A stretch of 64,000 nucleotides of DNA from Eledone cirrhosa (Eukaryota): contig OZ024751.1 of NCBI GenBank assembly GCA_964016885.1, forward strand, positions 41,974,001 to 42,038,000. Reading direction: 5' to 3'. The position numbers and the translations under genes are program-made. Of this stretch, positions 29,174-43,580 are shown in pieces. Within the stretch, counting starts at the first letter, position 1, and the number at the start of each line of letters is the position of its first letter. Under the pieces are notes generated by a model. The model worked only from the letters and a program-made list of their open reading frames with translations. It did not search any database and had not been told where the DNA came from.

Positions 29174-30561
29174 GTATGCATATACATATATATAGAGAGA
29201 GAGGGGGGTGAGAGAGAGAGAATATACTTTGAAATACTCAACCACTGGCGCGTTAGTTTTTCATGAACAGGATACTTTGTTTGATCAAACAACTTGAACA
29301 GTCGTCGTCACTATAAATACCCCTATAACTTCCTCAAGAGTTACCGGCCCTTTACCTTAGCTAACGATTCTACCAATCCTCCATTGCTACCGCCATCGCC
29401 GCCATTTTAAGATGATATAACAGTAACATGCTCTGATAATTGTATTCCCCTGTAGAAATATATTTAACCGATACCAGAATGACGCGTTTCTATTTAGATT
29501 TTTCAATTTAACTTCATTTATATTTTCTAATTTAGTTTTGTTATATTTTATTTATTTTGTTGGTGTTATGTTGTAAATCTAAACTATAATAAAGGAAGGT
29601 CTGCGGGACTGCGTACGGTTTATTTATTTTTTATCCCGTTAGTAAAATAAGTTGGATTACTTTGAATAAATAATGAATGAATATTACATAATTTATCTAC
29701 TAAATTTCGTAAACAAAAATAATTTCGTAAAAATAAATAATTTAAAATTGACTTCTTTTCAAAGTTGCACTTCCGGTATATCGTTCCACCACCACCACCA
29801 CCACCACCACTTCAACTACCGTATATATAGAAAGAGAGAGTGTGTGATGTCAACACTTCCGGTGGCGATCACTTAAATAAACATACAAATTTTCTGTCAC
29901 TAATTTTCTCCTAATAAAGTTTATATATAATATCGTCTTTTTTTAATGTATCATGGATTACGTTACTGATTACATAAGACAGTGTAACACAGACTTCGAT
30001 CAATTTCTGTGTATATTGTCAATTACGATTTTATTTGATGTATCATATCTACATGTATATATACTTGCGTATAATATAAATATGCACACTACACATGCTA
30101 GCAGAAAACCACCCAAAGGGTGATTTTTCTGCTAGTATTGTATAATGTTAATGATTCACGTAATTATTAACTTTTTATTTATTTATTTCTACATTGCAGA
30201 ATTAGTTTAAAGTTGAGTTAAAGAGGTAGATGACTACCAAAGAGAAGAATAAACTTAACACTAGCTAGCTTACTTCACCTAGCTATCATCCCGTTTAAGG
30301 TCCACGTTTCTACGCTGGCATAGGTTAGACGAGTTGTGAGCAATGCCAGGTCTGGTGCCATACTCATACAGAACTGATTTTAGCACATTTCTACAGATGG
30401 ATGCACTTCCTAGCGTCAATCTCATTTACAGTGAATACTTTTTGTCGTGACGCCTTCACGACCACTTTACAGTGTGGACTGGGTTTATATATATACGTTA
30501 TTGCGGGTTGAATCGGAGGTAACCACAGTAAGTAAGGTACTCAATACATTGCAGAGTATAA

Positions 30562-30700
30562 AAGTTTTAATATAGATGAGATTCTACAGGACTAGAACTG
30601 TTTCATTCCTTAGAAATCATCAGGAATCTCAGAGATTCCTGATGATTTCTAAGGAATGAAACAGTTCTAGTCCTGTAGAATCTCATCTATATTAAAACTT
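30562..30700. ncRNA. Perfect 139-bp palindrome made of two back-to-back type-I hammerhead motifs (30632-30684 +, 30578-30630 -)
   Basis: GAGATTC-CTGATGA-TTTC taag GAAT-GAAA-CAG ttctagtc CTG-TA-GAATCTC. Confidence 0.75.
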
Positions 30701-30713
30701 ATATATATATATA

Positions 30714-30933
<220 letters not shown>

Positions 30934-30935
30934 AA

Positions 30936-31104
30936 CCGTATTTCCCGGCGTAGAAGCCGCTACTTTTTTCCCTAAAATAAGTCTCAAAAATCTACCATGC
31001 GTCCTGGAGACAGAAGGTTGTTTATTATTTTTTTTCAAATTTTTGGTTGTCAAAATCAGGGTGCGTTCTCGAGGACGAAGCATCTTCGGCGCCGGGAAAT
31101 ATGA
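30936..31104. mobile_element. pogo/Tigger-like MITE
   Basis: TIRs CCGTATTTCCCGGCG / CGCCGGGAAATATGA. Confidence 0.65.
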
Positions 31105-31171
31105 TATTAATTCCCAGTTGATAGCCAAGTAGATATGTAGACATTGTATATTAAGATGGTATAACAGCCTG

Positions 31172-31358
31172 TACGAGAGCCTGCTGACCAAGATACTCTC
31201 ATGGAATGACCATATGAGGTTTATTTTTCAACATAGTTCCTAGAAAGAAACAATGCAGTTATTAATAAGAAGAGTTTAAATTAATGCATGCAAGATTTCA
31301 TAGCTCTAGCATCACACCTTCATAGCCAACCTATAAACTATTCAGCCGACCCTAGTAT
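31172..31358. mobile_element. mariner-like MITE (left-end relative at ~58642-58697)
   Basis: TACGAGAGCCTGCTGA ... TCAGCCGACCCTAGTA ends; shared internal CAAGATACTCTCATGGAATGAC. Confidence 0.55.
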
Positions 31359-31584
31359 ACAGGAATATACAACCAGAAAATAGCCATTGATAAAGAATTG
31401 AAGACAACAACTTGAAAAATAAACAGTTGTCCATAGAATAAAACTGAAACATTTCAATTGAAACAATAAAACATCATCAATGTAATTTATTTAAATTGTT
31501 TTCCGTGATATTCTGGAGTGAAAAAACAATTATAAAAAAGATAAAATACACCTTAATAAAACAGCATAAAATATAAGATGAAAT

Positions 31585-31779
31585 GGTGTTGTTTGTTGGT
31601 GGTGGTGGTGGTGGTGGTAGTGGTGGTGGTAGTGGTGGTGGTAGTTGTGGGGCTGGTGCTGGTTGTTGTGGTAGCTGTGAGGCTGGTGGTGGTGGTGGTG
31701 GTGGTGGTAGTAGTAGTGGTGGTAGTTGTGGGGCTGGTGCTGGTTGTTGTGGTAGCTGTGAGGCTGGTGGTGGTGGTGG

Positions 31780-31814
<35 letters not shown>

Positions 31815-31920
31815 GTGTTGGTGCTGGTGGCGTTGTAGCAGTTGGTGGTGCTGATGGTGCTGATGGTGCTGGTGGTGGCGGTGGTGGTGGTGGTGGTGGT
31901 GGTGGTGGTGGTGGTGGTGG

Positions 31921-31961
<41 letters not shown>

Positions 31962-32163
31962 TTGGTGCTGGTGGCGTTGTAGCAGTTGGTGGTGCTGATG
32001 GTGCTGGTGGTGGCGGTGGTCGCGTTGGTGGTATTGTAGCAGTTGGGGGCGGGGGGAAGGTATTGGTGCTGGTGTTGGTGGTGGTGGTAGTGTTAATGAT
32101 GCTAGTGGTGCCGGTAGTGTTGCTGCTGTTGTTGTTGTTGTTGTTTTTGTTGTTGTTATTGTA
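31585..32163. repeat. Compound (GGT)n/(GCT)n trinucleotide field with internal duplications
   Basis: Direct reading. Confidence 0.9.
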
Positions 32164-33187
32164 GCGTAAATTAAATAGAATTATTTAAACTAGATTTAAT
32201 GACAATTTTTAATTAGAATTTCAGAAAACAAATTATTTTGATATTTTTGAAGCTTCATCTGTCGTCTTTCACCTGTAGTTTTACTAATGGCGACGGTGCG
32301 GTTTTACTTCTAGGAACAGTTATGCTGTCATTGTTTTAAAATCTCTACATCTATTATCATAACAACTGCCACAATTTACAAAATTACTTAATAAATTTTT
32401 AAATGTGATCTATTATTCACACTCAGATAAATTTAATTGATGTACACCAACAATTTAGGCGACAAATTAGCAGAGTCGTTAGAGCGTCGGATAAAATGCC
32501 ATTAAGATATTTGTCTCTGCTCTCTGAGTTCAAATACCGTCGAGGTCAACTTTGCTTTTTATCCATTCGAGGTCGATAAAACAATACCAGTCTACTATTG
32601 GGGTCGATTCTTTCTCTACATCTCTTTCTCATTTTCATTCTCTCTCACTCTCTCTATTCTTCTCTAGAAGAAATCTGCTGTATTCTGACCTGGAAAGGAG
32701 ATGAGCTCCGCCAGGTCTTAAAATGCCCTGGCACCACCATATACCAGCATGGTGCCCCAACGAATACCTCGGGAGTTACGGAACCATGCATACATACCTA
32801 CTGTTTAAATATATGCCTCTGATTGAAAATATAATCAAATGTAAATACATTGTTATTCTCTTCGAACATAGAAAAATATTGGGATATTTTTTACGTGTTT
32901 CACACTTTATAGGCCGTTCATCAGAAGACCGATACCATCATTTTGTGCCCACGAAGAGAACTACAGCAAAGAGCAATATGTAGTAAACACAAACCATGAC
33001 TCAGCAGAAATAGTTATTTTAATTTGCATACTGCGAATTCGTTAGTGACGTGAGTTAATAAGCATTTATTAACAACACATTCAGTTTCAGCAGCGAGCGG
33101 GTTAAGGTACACTGGCTTGACAACGACTTGAGTCAGAAACGATGACATTATTGTCGCCAGTTACCCACCCTTAGCTTCTGCTAGAAT

Positions 33188-33202
33188 CCGCTAGATGGCG
33201 CT
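33188..33202 (+). promoter_or_regulatory. Candidate CTCF-binding site
   Basis: CCGCTAGATGGCGCT matches the CTCF core consensus in otherwise AT-rich intergenic DNA. Confidence 0.4.
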
Positions 33203-33294
33203 ATGCAATCAGTTTCCTAAATTCATAGATGAAAGCTTTCAAAATGTTTATTTATAAACATACCGTATATCGCTAGATATACAAAAACACATAC

Positions 33295-33348
<54 letters not shown>

Positions 33349-33838
33349 CCACACCACACAAAAACCCATACACACGTGCGTATCCTCACATACACATTCT
33401 CGGCCTCCGGAATCCGCACGCCCCCTTTCCCCCACCCCCTCTCCATCCACACACACACACTGACTTACACCCCACCCCATGTACACACTGGTTTCCCTAT
33501 TACCCGAACATGGAAGCTCGTTCTTCCCCAAACTCTCACACTCACATCCACACATACACACACACACGTAACCTACACACGTACACACACACACCACCTT
33601 CCGCCCTCCCCGCTTGGACCCCTTGTCTCCCTCTCCCCCCTCCTCCATCCACCCACCACCGCACACGCCTCACACCCTTTCACCACTTCTTTCATTTTAT
33701 TTTTTTTACCCTCTTTTGAATTTTTTCCTCCCCTTCCCCCCTTTTAATGTCTTTCCACCACTCCCCCTCACACGCTCGGAACTCTTTTCCTGCCCCCACT
33801 TTTCTCCTGGTGAAGGGCTTAATATATATATATATATT

Positions 33839-33894
<56 letters not shown>

Positions 33895-33907
33895 CATATA
33901 TATATAT

Positions 33908-34041
<134 letters not shown>

Positions 34042-34073
34042 GGAAATTATATATATCCAATATATATATATCC

Positions 34074-34511
<438 letters not shown>

Positions 34512-34754
34512 TTACACGGCTCGGAAAGATTCCCTTCTTTGAGCTATTTAATTGTAAAAGACTATTTTGAGTTTCTAACTCAATCTATGATATATATATA
34601 TATAATATTAAAGATACTATTTATAGTTATGTATATACTATACTATAAACAACTATAAACAGGGAAGGTCAGTAATTTATTACTACACTATTACCAGTAA
34701 GAGAAATAGCTCAATGTAAGAACATCAGTTGTTTTACAGAGCAGTAATATTGAA

Positions 34755-34970
34755 TACACAAGTATCAAAGTTATGTTTAAAATATTTAATCGCTGACAAT
34801 TGTTTCTTCCAAACTTAAGCTTGGAGTCCTCGGAGCATTATCAATGTTTGTACATATAAGGTTAATTATATGTACAAACATTGATAATGCTCCGAGGACC
34901 CCAAGCTTAAGTTTGGAAGAAACAATTGTCAGCGATTAAATGTTTTAAACATAACTTTGATACTTGTGTA
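34755..34970. repeat. Palindrome (~105-bp arms) with CCGAGGA-core hammerhead-like folds (34885-34938 + and mirror)
   Basis: TAATGCT-CCGAGGA-CCCCAAGC ttaa GTTTGGAA-GAAA-CAATTG-TC-AGCGATTA; homologous to 5258-5362. Confidence 0.85.
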
Positions 34971-35959
34971 ATCTATATATATATATTAATGACTCTGTAG
35001 CACGAGTAGAATCTTAGAGGGAACCTTATACGATGAGAGCCTACTACAAAAACTATAACTCTCATCGCCTAATCTGCTCTGAGTTCTAATAAAGTACCAG
35101 TAACGTACTAGGGTCGATTTAATAGACTTTTCCCTCCCCCCAAAATTGTTGGCATTGTGCTTAAATCAGAAACCATAATTAATCTATGGCTCAGTTTAAC
35201 AGCATCTCTTTGGATGTATTCGGATCAAATAAATATCATACAACCCCTCTTCGTGCTAGTGACGGAGGCCCTGATAGGGGGGGGGGGGGCATTGGTGCTA
35301 ATCTATGGCTTAGTTTAACACCACTACCTGGCCATTGGGTGTGTTTGTTTTTTTTTAGCGGAGTACTCTATGCTGCAAGTATTTGGGCCAGATATCATAC
35401 AACACCTCTTGACGCTTCTTTTTCCAATAAGTCATTAAAACTTAAAAGAAAATTATCCATCTAAGGTCGATAAAAATCCTGTCTAGATTGTCGTGTATTA
35501 ATCTTCATTGTTAAAACTACGTATGGCGTTGGTTTAATTCCCGAGTTATCTCCCATTATGTATTGCAGAGTTATTTCCCTTGAAAAATGATTTTACAAAT
35601 ATTTTTTTTCTAATACTTTTTTTTTTACTGCCGAGATTAGCTTTACCTTTCATCCTTACAGAGTCGATAATATAAAGTATCAGTAATGAACTGGGGGCTG
35701 ATTTAATCGACTTTCCCCCCTTCCTTTCATATTGCTGGTCTTATGCCTAAATTAGAAAAGATAAACGTTGCTCAGTGAGTTTACAATGTCTGTCAAATAC
35801 TAGCTGTGGTGTTTAACAATATAAATGATGGTTAAAAGACTTAAAACATAAAAGGTTTAAAATAGCTCCTATCACATTACAAATGTCTTGGTCAGCCTAG
35901 GAACTTTTCAGACGATGTTTGCTGAAACCTTATAAGCATAAAAGCTGTCTGTTCTGTGT

Positions 35960-36140
35960 GGTGGATTGGCAGTATCAGTAGAGGGTCGGACGCCATGCTT
36001 GCCAGCATAGTTACGTCCCTTTACGATCTGAGTTCAAATCCCGCCGAGGTTGACTTTGCCTTTCATCCTTACGGGGTCGATAAAATAAAGTACCAGTAAT
36101 GCACTGGGTAATTGCTGGCCTTGTGCCTAAAGTAGAAACA
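35960..36140 (+). mobile_element. tRNA-derived SINE (family A), full length
   Basis: GGTGGATTGGCAGTATCAGTAGAGGGTCGGAC...GAGTTCAAATCCCGCCGAGG...GTGCCTAAAGTAGAAACA. Further copies near 38.3-38.7, 40.8, 45.4, 46.3, 47.3, 52.2, 54.8, 62.8 and 63.6-63.9 kb. Confidence 0.85.
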
Positions 36141-36154
36141 AAGAGATACCAAAA

Positions 36155-36573
36155 CATTACCAGCTTGTCGGTGCATTACCAGCCTGTCGGTGCATTACCA
36201 GCCTGTCGGTGCATTACCAGCCTGTCGGTGCATTACCAGCTTGTCGGTGCATTACCAGCCTGTCGGTGCATTACCAGCTTGTCGGTGCATTACCAGCCTG
36301 TCGGTGCATTACCAGCCTGTCGGTGCATTACCAGCTTGTCGGTGCATTACCAGCCTGTCGGTGCATTACCAGCCTGTCGGTGCATTACCAGCTTGTCGGT
36401 GCATTACCAGCCTGTCGGTGCATTACCAGCTTGTCGGTGCATTACCAGCTTGTCGGTGCATTACCAGCCTGTCGGTGCATTACCAGCCTGTCGGTGCATT
36501 ACCAGCCTGTCGGTGCATTACCAGCCTGTCGGTGCATTACCAGCCTGTCGGTGCATTACCAGCCTGTCGGTGC
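36155..36573. repeat. 19-bp minisatellite (GCATTACCAGCYTGTCGGT)n, ~22 copies
   Basis: Direct reading. Confidence 0.96.
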
Positions 36574-36732
36574 ACACAAGAGTTGTATGTGAATGTTGTT
36601 AGCAATAAACTATTTTATGCTGCTTTAAAAGTAAGTTCTGTAGACTTGGTAGAGTAAGATGAGATGTTAGAGGCATTAAATATTATTAGTATGTTTCAGT
36701 GGTTGATAAAAAAAAATTCTCATCAAATGGGG

Positions 36733-37176
36733 ATCATCTTCACCACCATCACCATCATCTTCACCACCATCACCATCATCTTCACCACCATCACCATCAT
36801 CAACATCAACATCACCATTAACATCACCATCATCATCACTATCATCATCTTCACCACCATCATCAACATCATCATCAACATCAACATCATCACCATTAAC
36901 ATCACCATCATCATCATCTATCACCATCATCTTCATCATCACTATCATCATCATCATCATCACCATCATCTTCATCATCACTATCATATTCATCATCACC
37001 ATCACCATCACCATTAACATCATCACCATCATCATCAACATCATCACCATCCCCATAATCTTCTTCATCACTATATCATCATCTTCAACATCAACATTAT
37101 CATCACCATCATCATTATCATCATCTTCATCATCATCATCATCATCACCATCAGCACTATCATCATCATCATCATG
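36733..37176. repeat. Degenerate (CAT/CAC)n microsatellite
   Basis: Direct reading. Confidence 0.93.
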
Positions 37177-37552
37177 ACCACCATTTTACGTCCGTTCTTC
37201 CACACGTGCATGGGTTGGATAGGTTCAATGGGTACAGCATCTCTCCACTTATCACGTTCTACTGCTGCCTCGTATCACTGGTATATTTGTTTAAATATGA
37301 GACAGCAATATTCCAGATGTTACTTCTAACGTAAGCTCCATAAAGATGTTCAGTTATTTCAACTACAACAGATGTGACTTACACATGGACACATAACTGA
37401 TGAAGTCATAGGGGTGTTGTCATGATACTCAGTTTCTTGGTCATTTGGGGCATTTTTAAACCCAGTAGAGCCCATCCCTCATCAGGTTTAATCACATCAT
37501 CATCATCATCATCATCATTTTACGTCCGCTTTTCCCTGCTTGCAAGGGTGGG

Positions 37553-39605
37553 ACAAAACTAACAGTTATACTTTTATGTTGAACAAAAACAATTTATAAA
37601 ATCATATTAACAACAACAACAACACCATTACCAACATCGAAAACAAAAAATAGAAAAAGATAAGAGAGTATTGTAACATAGTTTGCTTGAAGCATTGTAT
37701 AAAGAGTAGAAAATAGTGTTTTGTTTGAAAGCTGCTGCCATTTGAATTGTGGAGAAGTCTATGTTAGCTGCTGGGTGTTGAGTTCCTAGAATTAACATAG
37801 ACATACACACTACATACATACAACAACAGGTCAGTCCACTTCGAAATTAGATACAGCCATAGGTTAGATGAGAACAGAGTTCAGATCAAATACCATGTGA
37901 TCTATTCACCACTTCAGAACAGAGCTTAGGATCAAACACAACATGATCTAATCACCACATCAGAACATAGGTTAGATCAAATACCATGTGATCTATTCAC
38001 CCCTTTAGAACAGAACTCAGGTCAAATACCACATGATCCATTCACCATATCAGAACATAGGTTAGATCAGTTGTTTCATATTCCTTAGGTCCATTAATAT
38101 TTCTTGATTTTCTTGGTCTAATCTTCTGGATGAAGTGGTGGTTCTCGGTGTTTATTGCAACTCCTCCTCCTCCTCCTCCTCTGACTTCAATGCTACTTTA
38201 TTTCCTGCAGCTGTTGTAGTGAAACAACACACATTTTGCCTTAGAATCATATAAAATCAAATGATAATAATGGTTTATAATTTAGGCACAAGGCCAACAA
38301 TTTTGGAGGAGGGAAAAGTCAATTTAATTGACCCCAGTGCATTACTGGTACTTTATTTTCTCGACCCCGTAAGGATGAAAGGCAAAGCTAACCTCGACAG
38401 GATTTGAACTCAGAACGTAAAGGGCTGTAACTATATGCCATAAAGTATGGTGTCCGACGCTCTACCGATTCTACTGCCAATCCACTGCCATTAAATCAAA
38501 TTATAATAATTGTTTCTACTTTAGGCACAAGGCCAGCAATTACCCAGTGCATTACTGGTACTTTATTTTATCGACCCCGTAAGGATGAAAGGCAAAGTCA
38601 ACCTCGGCAGGATTTGAACTCAGATCGTAAAGGGACGTAACTATGTTGGAGGCACAAGGGTGGCAATTTGAGGGGAGGGGAAAGTCGATTAAATGGACCC
38701 CAGTGCATGACTGGTACTTCATTTTATTGACCCTGTAAGAGTGAATTATAATAACAACATTAGTTACTAATATTTTTTTAATTATTTATTTCCAAACTTT
38801 CATAAAGTTTTAATCTCGTGGTTCATAAAATTCTTAAAAGAATTCCATTTATATAACAGTTTAACATCCATTTCTTTTCCTATCAAACAGTTTCTCCTCA
38901 ACATTTAGGTATTTGTGTATAATTATTAAAGAAATACCTTTTCTGACTCATCAAATAAATAAATACTTTATTTCCAACCACATAGACTGACATAATTAAA
39001 AATAGTGTGTCTTGCTTAAAGACAAAACCAAAAAAAAAAAAAAAAAAAAAATCAATGTCGAAGTAACAATAAAGTTTTAAAAAAAACACCAACAAAACTA
39101 ACAGTTATACTTTTATGTTGAACAAAAACAATTTATAAAATCATATTAACAACAACAACAACACCATTACCAACATCGAAAACAAAAAATAGAAAAAGAT
39201 AAGAGAGTATTGTAACATAGTTTGCTTGAAGCATTGTATAAAGAGTAGAAAATAGTGTTTTGTTTGAAAGCTGCTGCCATTTGAATTGTGGAGAAGTCTA
39301 TGTTAGCTGCTGGGTGTTGAGTTCCTAGAATTAACATAGACATACACACTACATACATACAACAGGTCAGTCCACTTCGAAATTAGATACAGCCATAGGT
39401 TAGATGAGAACAGAGTTCAGATCAAATACCATGTGATCTATTCACCACTTCAGAACAGAGCTTAGGATCAAACACAACATGATCTAATCACCACATCAGA
39501 ACATAGGTTAGATCAAATACCATGTGATCTATTCACCCCTTTAGAACAGAACTCAGGTCAAATACCACATGATCCATTCACCATATCAGAACATAGGTTA
39601 GATCA
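37553..39605. repeat. ~515-bp direct duplication (37553-38069 / 39092-39605), including part of a ~39-bp tandem array that continues to ~39810
   Basis: The copies appear identical except for a 3-bp CAA indel. Confidence 0.93.
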
Positions 39606-40426
39606 AATACCATGTGATCCATTCACCCCTTTAGAACAGAACTCAGGTCAAATACCACATGATCCATTCACCATATCAGAACATAGGTTAGATCAAATAC
39701 CATGTGATCTATTCACCCCTTTAGAACAGAACTCAGGTCAAATACCACATGATCCATTCACCATATCAGAACATAGGTTAGATCAAATACCTTGTGATCC
39801 ATTCATCACTTTCAACATTAAAACAAAAAACACTTTCAAATTCAAAAATAGCAGCTTAAGAGTGACAAAAAATATACAGCTCTGAACTAGTTTCTTCTAT
39901 TAATCTTTTGATGAAGGGATTTTAACCCCGAAATATAACCTAAAAAAGAACTGCAAGGTAACATTGCAACATTTTTACTACCATCATATTTTTAACATTT
40001 ACTATTCTATTCACATTGTGGTAAAAATCTAAAGTCTGTCTCAAGTCTGGAGACTCATCAGGCCAGTGTTTATCCTGATTTCCTTGACATTAAGCAACTT
40101 TGAGTACAAGACTCTCCCCTGGACAGGACGCTAATCCATTGCAGGGTTAAACCTCCAGCTACTGCTGCTAGTACTCATTTTCAGCTGAGTGTACTGGAGC
40201 AACATGAAATGAATTGTTTTGATCAAGAACACAACAAACAACCTGGTCAAGAAATCAAACTCACAACACCATGGTTGTAAGTCCAACACCCTAACCACGA
40301 GGCCATGCATGTTCACATTGTAGTAGCCTTCAAATAAAACACTATTTTCTGGAAAAAAGATCTTTTGTAGAAATCACTGAAACTGTAAATGCAATAAGAC
40401 CTTCTCTCAAACAAACCCCTTCAGTC

Positions 40427-40505
<79 letters not shown>

Positions 40506-41746
40506 AGTGTGTGTCTGTGTGTGGTCTAGGCCAGTACTTAACCAAGGTTACTGTACCACCCCACTCCCTAGAAAGGCTGACGGCTCTGAGTGGGTGTTTG
40601 TGTGAAGATATGTTCCTTGTTCTAAATTTGTATGACAAACACTTCATCATAAATAAAAGTGAGAGAGTCATATCTGGGAATTTAACCATACAATGTTTCT
40701 CTGGTTCAGACATGCCAGGTGTTGCTGCCGTACCACAATATATTCCATTGAGAACAGATGGAATCGCATCTAATAATCTTTAAAATAAATACAAACAGTA
40801 ATATAATAATTGTTTCTATTTTTAAGCACAAGGCCAGCAATTACCCAGTACATTACTGGTACTTTATTTTATCGACCCCGTAAGGATGAAAGGCTAAGTT
40901 AACCTCGGCGAGATTTGAACTCAGATCATAAAGGGACGTAACTCTATGCTTCAAAGCATGGTGTCCGACTCTCTATCGATACTGCCAATCCACCGTATAA
41001 TAATGGGATATAAAATGTAACAAACAGCAGTTAATTCTTCAAACATTATGAGAAGGAAAAAAAATATATATATATATAAAAACATTAATAATTAGTTTGC
41101 TATAACGACCATTTTCTGCAACATCAACCAACTTTAAACTTCAACAAAACCAAATCTAAAACTTCAAAAATTGAGTCTTATAATCAGTTTATTTATTTCT
41201 TCTATTTTTTTTGTTTTGTTTTGTTTTTTTCAAATGCAGTTTGCATATGAATAAGTGTCATTCTTAACTCTTAACATCCTGTATTGAGATTTAGCAGAAA
41301 ATATCTAAAAATGGATTGGTTAATTCAAATGTTTATAGTATCTTTAGTAGAGGATATATTGTTGTGAAAATTTTTAATGTGATGCAATCACAGTGCTGTT
41401 TTGTATTTTTCAAGAATGTCTTGCTAATGTTGTTTCATGTAATACATGACATTAAGTGTAAATGATGTCTGAGTGAGCTTGTGTCATATAATAGTTAATT
41501 CTTAACATCCTGTAATGATTTGGCAGAAAATGTCTAAAAACAGGTTTGTTAATTCAAATGTTTATAGTATCTTAATAAGTGGATATACTGTTGTGAAAAT
41601 TTGCAGTAAACTAAAATAAAGACTTTACAAGAATACAAAACTGGATTTTGTATTTTTTTTAAGTCTTTTTAATGTGGTATTATGTGGTACAGGATGTTAA
41701 GAGTTAATATTGTATATTCAAATTGGTTTATAGTTCCTGCAGGCAA

Positions 41747-41788
<42 letters not shown>

Positions 41789-41980
41789 GGGGGGGGGGGG
41801 GGCTTTGATAAACACTAGCTGCAGCAGGATTTGAACTCATGACTTTACTGTCCATAGTCCAAAACATAAACTTAATCAATAGAAAGATTCTCATTGGAGA
41901 TATTGAATTAATTATGAGTTTGATAACATTTCATAATTACCGTCCATATCCTCAAATAAATTATAGGAACTATAAGATTG

Positions 41981-42032
<52 letters not shown>

Positions 42033-42678
42033 ACTATTTAAACCAACTATATTTTCTATAACCATGCCAGCATTGGTTGGATTGTTAGAATACTACATAC
42101 TAAGTACTGAAACATGACATTAATGTTATACCTGTGGCTTTGTTATGTAAGCTGAGGTGACCCTTTCTAATAAAATATACCCAGCTGATGTGTTTCAATT
42201 AATTTTGAAAATAACCAAACATTTGAAGGAATTAAATAAAATAAATAATTTGTTCATATGTGAGCTGATATTTAAGAACATAACTTCAGAGAAAATTCTA
42301 GAATAAAAAATAAAATTGTGAAAAGTTACAGACGATGTGTTTCAATTAATTTTGAAACAAAACAAACATTTGGAGGATTTTAATAAAATAACTAAATTTT
42401 TCATAAGTGAGCTGATATATAGCACTTTAGTTGGGAAAAATTTCTAAATTAAGATTATGTTGAAAGGTTTTAATATAAGGATAAACATTTTCAAATTAGC
42501 AGTTTTGAATGATAAATCCAGGCCGGTTTCAGGCGGTTTGGTATCAAAAGGATTATATAGTCATGTGATTTATAAAAGAATGCAAATATATGCTAATTCT
42601 ATTCTAAATTTGTAAACAAAGCCCATGTAAATACTGGCCAAAACCTAACAAAGTTATGAAAAAATACTAGCCCTAAAA

Positions 42679-42905
42679 TTAACCCTTTAGCATTTAAACC
42701 GGCTGTATCTGGCCAGAATTCTCTCACCTTTTCTGTTGAAACCGGCTGTAACTTGCTACTCATACTGATGTTAAGGTATTGTTCTCAAAATAAATAATAT
42801 CAAAATCTCATGGATTTGATATTATGTGAGTTATTATGGGAGATAAAGCCTTTACTGCGGAAATACAATAATTTATATAGAGTAATGTAAATGCTAAAGG
42901 GTTAA
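42679..42905. mobile_element. piggyBac-type MITE, unexpanded copy (others at ~48443-48664 and 49192-49404)
   Basis: TTAA-CCCTTTAGCATTTA...TAAATGCTAAAGGG-TTAA. Confidence 0.88.
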
Positions 42906-43292
42906 AGAATTGTTGTGATAGTCTATATTTCTACATTGATTCCATCCTGAGTCTGATCAGTGAACAGTCATCAAACCAACAACAAAGGCAGCCTTAAAAA
43001 TGACTAGAATTAAGTAAGAATCTTAACTCCCTAATTAGCCCTTGACAAAAACTGAAGCATGTTCATGGAACACTCATTAAGTTGATAAATAGTGTAAAAA
43101 AAAAATGGTGATGAAAATAATTTATTGCATTATTCTGAGATAAAAACCAAAATATATATATCAAACATGCCTGAGCTTACACATGTATACACATCTGTCA
43201 GTATACACATCTGTATGTATACTCAGTGTGTGTACACATCTCTGTGTATACACACATGCAAAACATGCATACATGCAAGCAGAAGAGTAAAT

Positions 43293-43580
43293 TTTAATTG
43301 ACTGTGATTAATAATAAATATGGATTATCAATATTATATTTATTATTTGTGGAGAAAATTCTAATTCACTGTGATTGATAATAAATATATATTATCAATA
43401 TCATATTTATTATTTGTGGAGAAAATTCTAATTAACTGTGATTGATAATAAATATAAATTTGAATTATCAATATTATATTTATTATATGTGGAGAAAATT
43501 CTAATTGACTATGATTGATAATAAATATATATTATCAATATTATATTTGATTGTGATTATTAATAAACATTATCAATGTC
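43293..43580. repeat. ~65-bp AT-rich tandem repeat, ~4 copies
   Basis: Recurring ACTGTGATTGATAATAAATAT..TATCAATATTATATTTATTATTTGTGGAGAAAATTCTA. Confidence 0.85.

Noticed and set aside
31583-32164. Gly/Ala-rich structural-protein-like ORF
   Set aside because: Compound GGT/GCT microsatellite with no splice or domain evidence. The same applies to the poly-Pro/His ORFs at 55042-55652 and 36664-37071.
35960-36050. tRNA gene suggested by A/B boxes
   Set aside because: No cloverleaf; it is the head of a multi-copy SINE.
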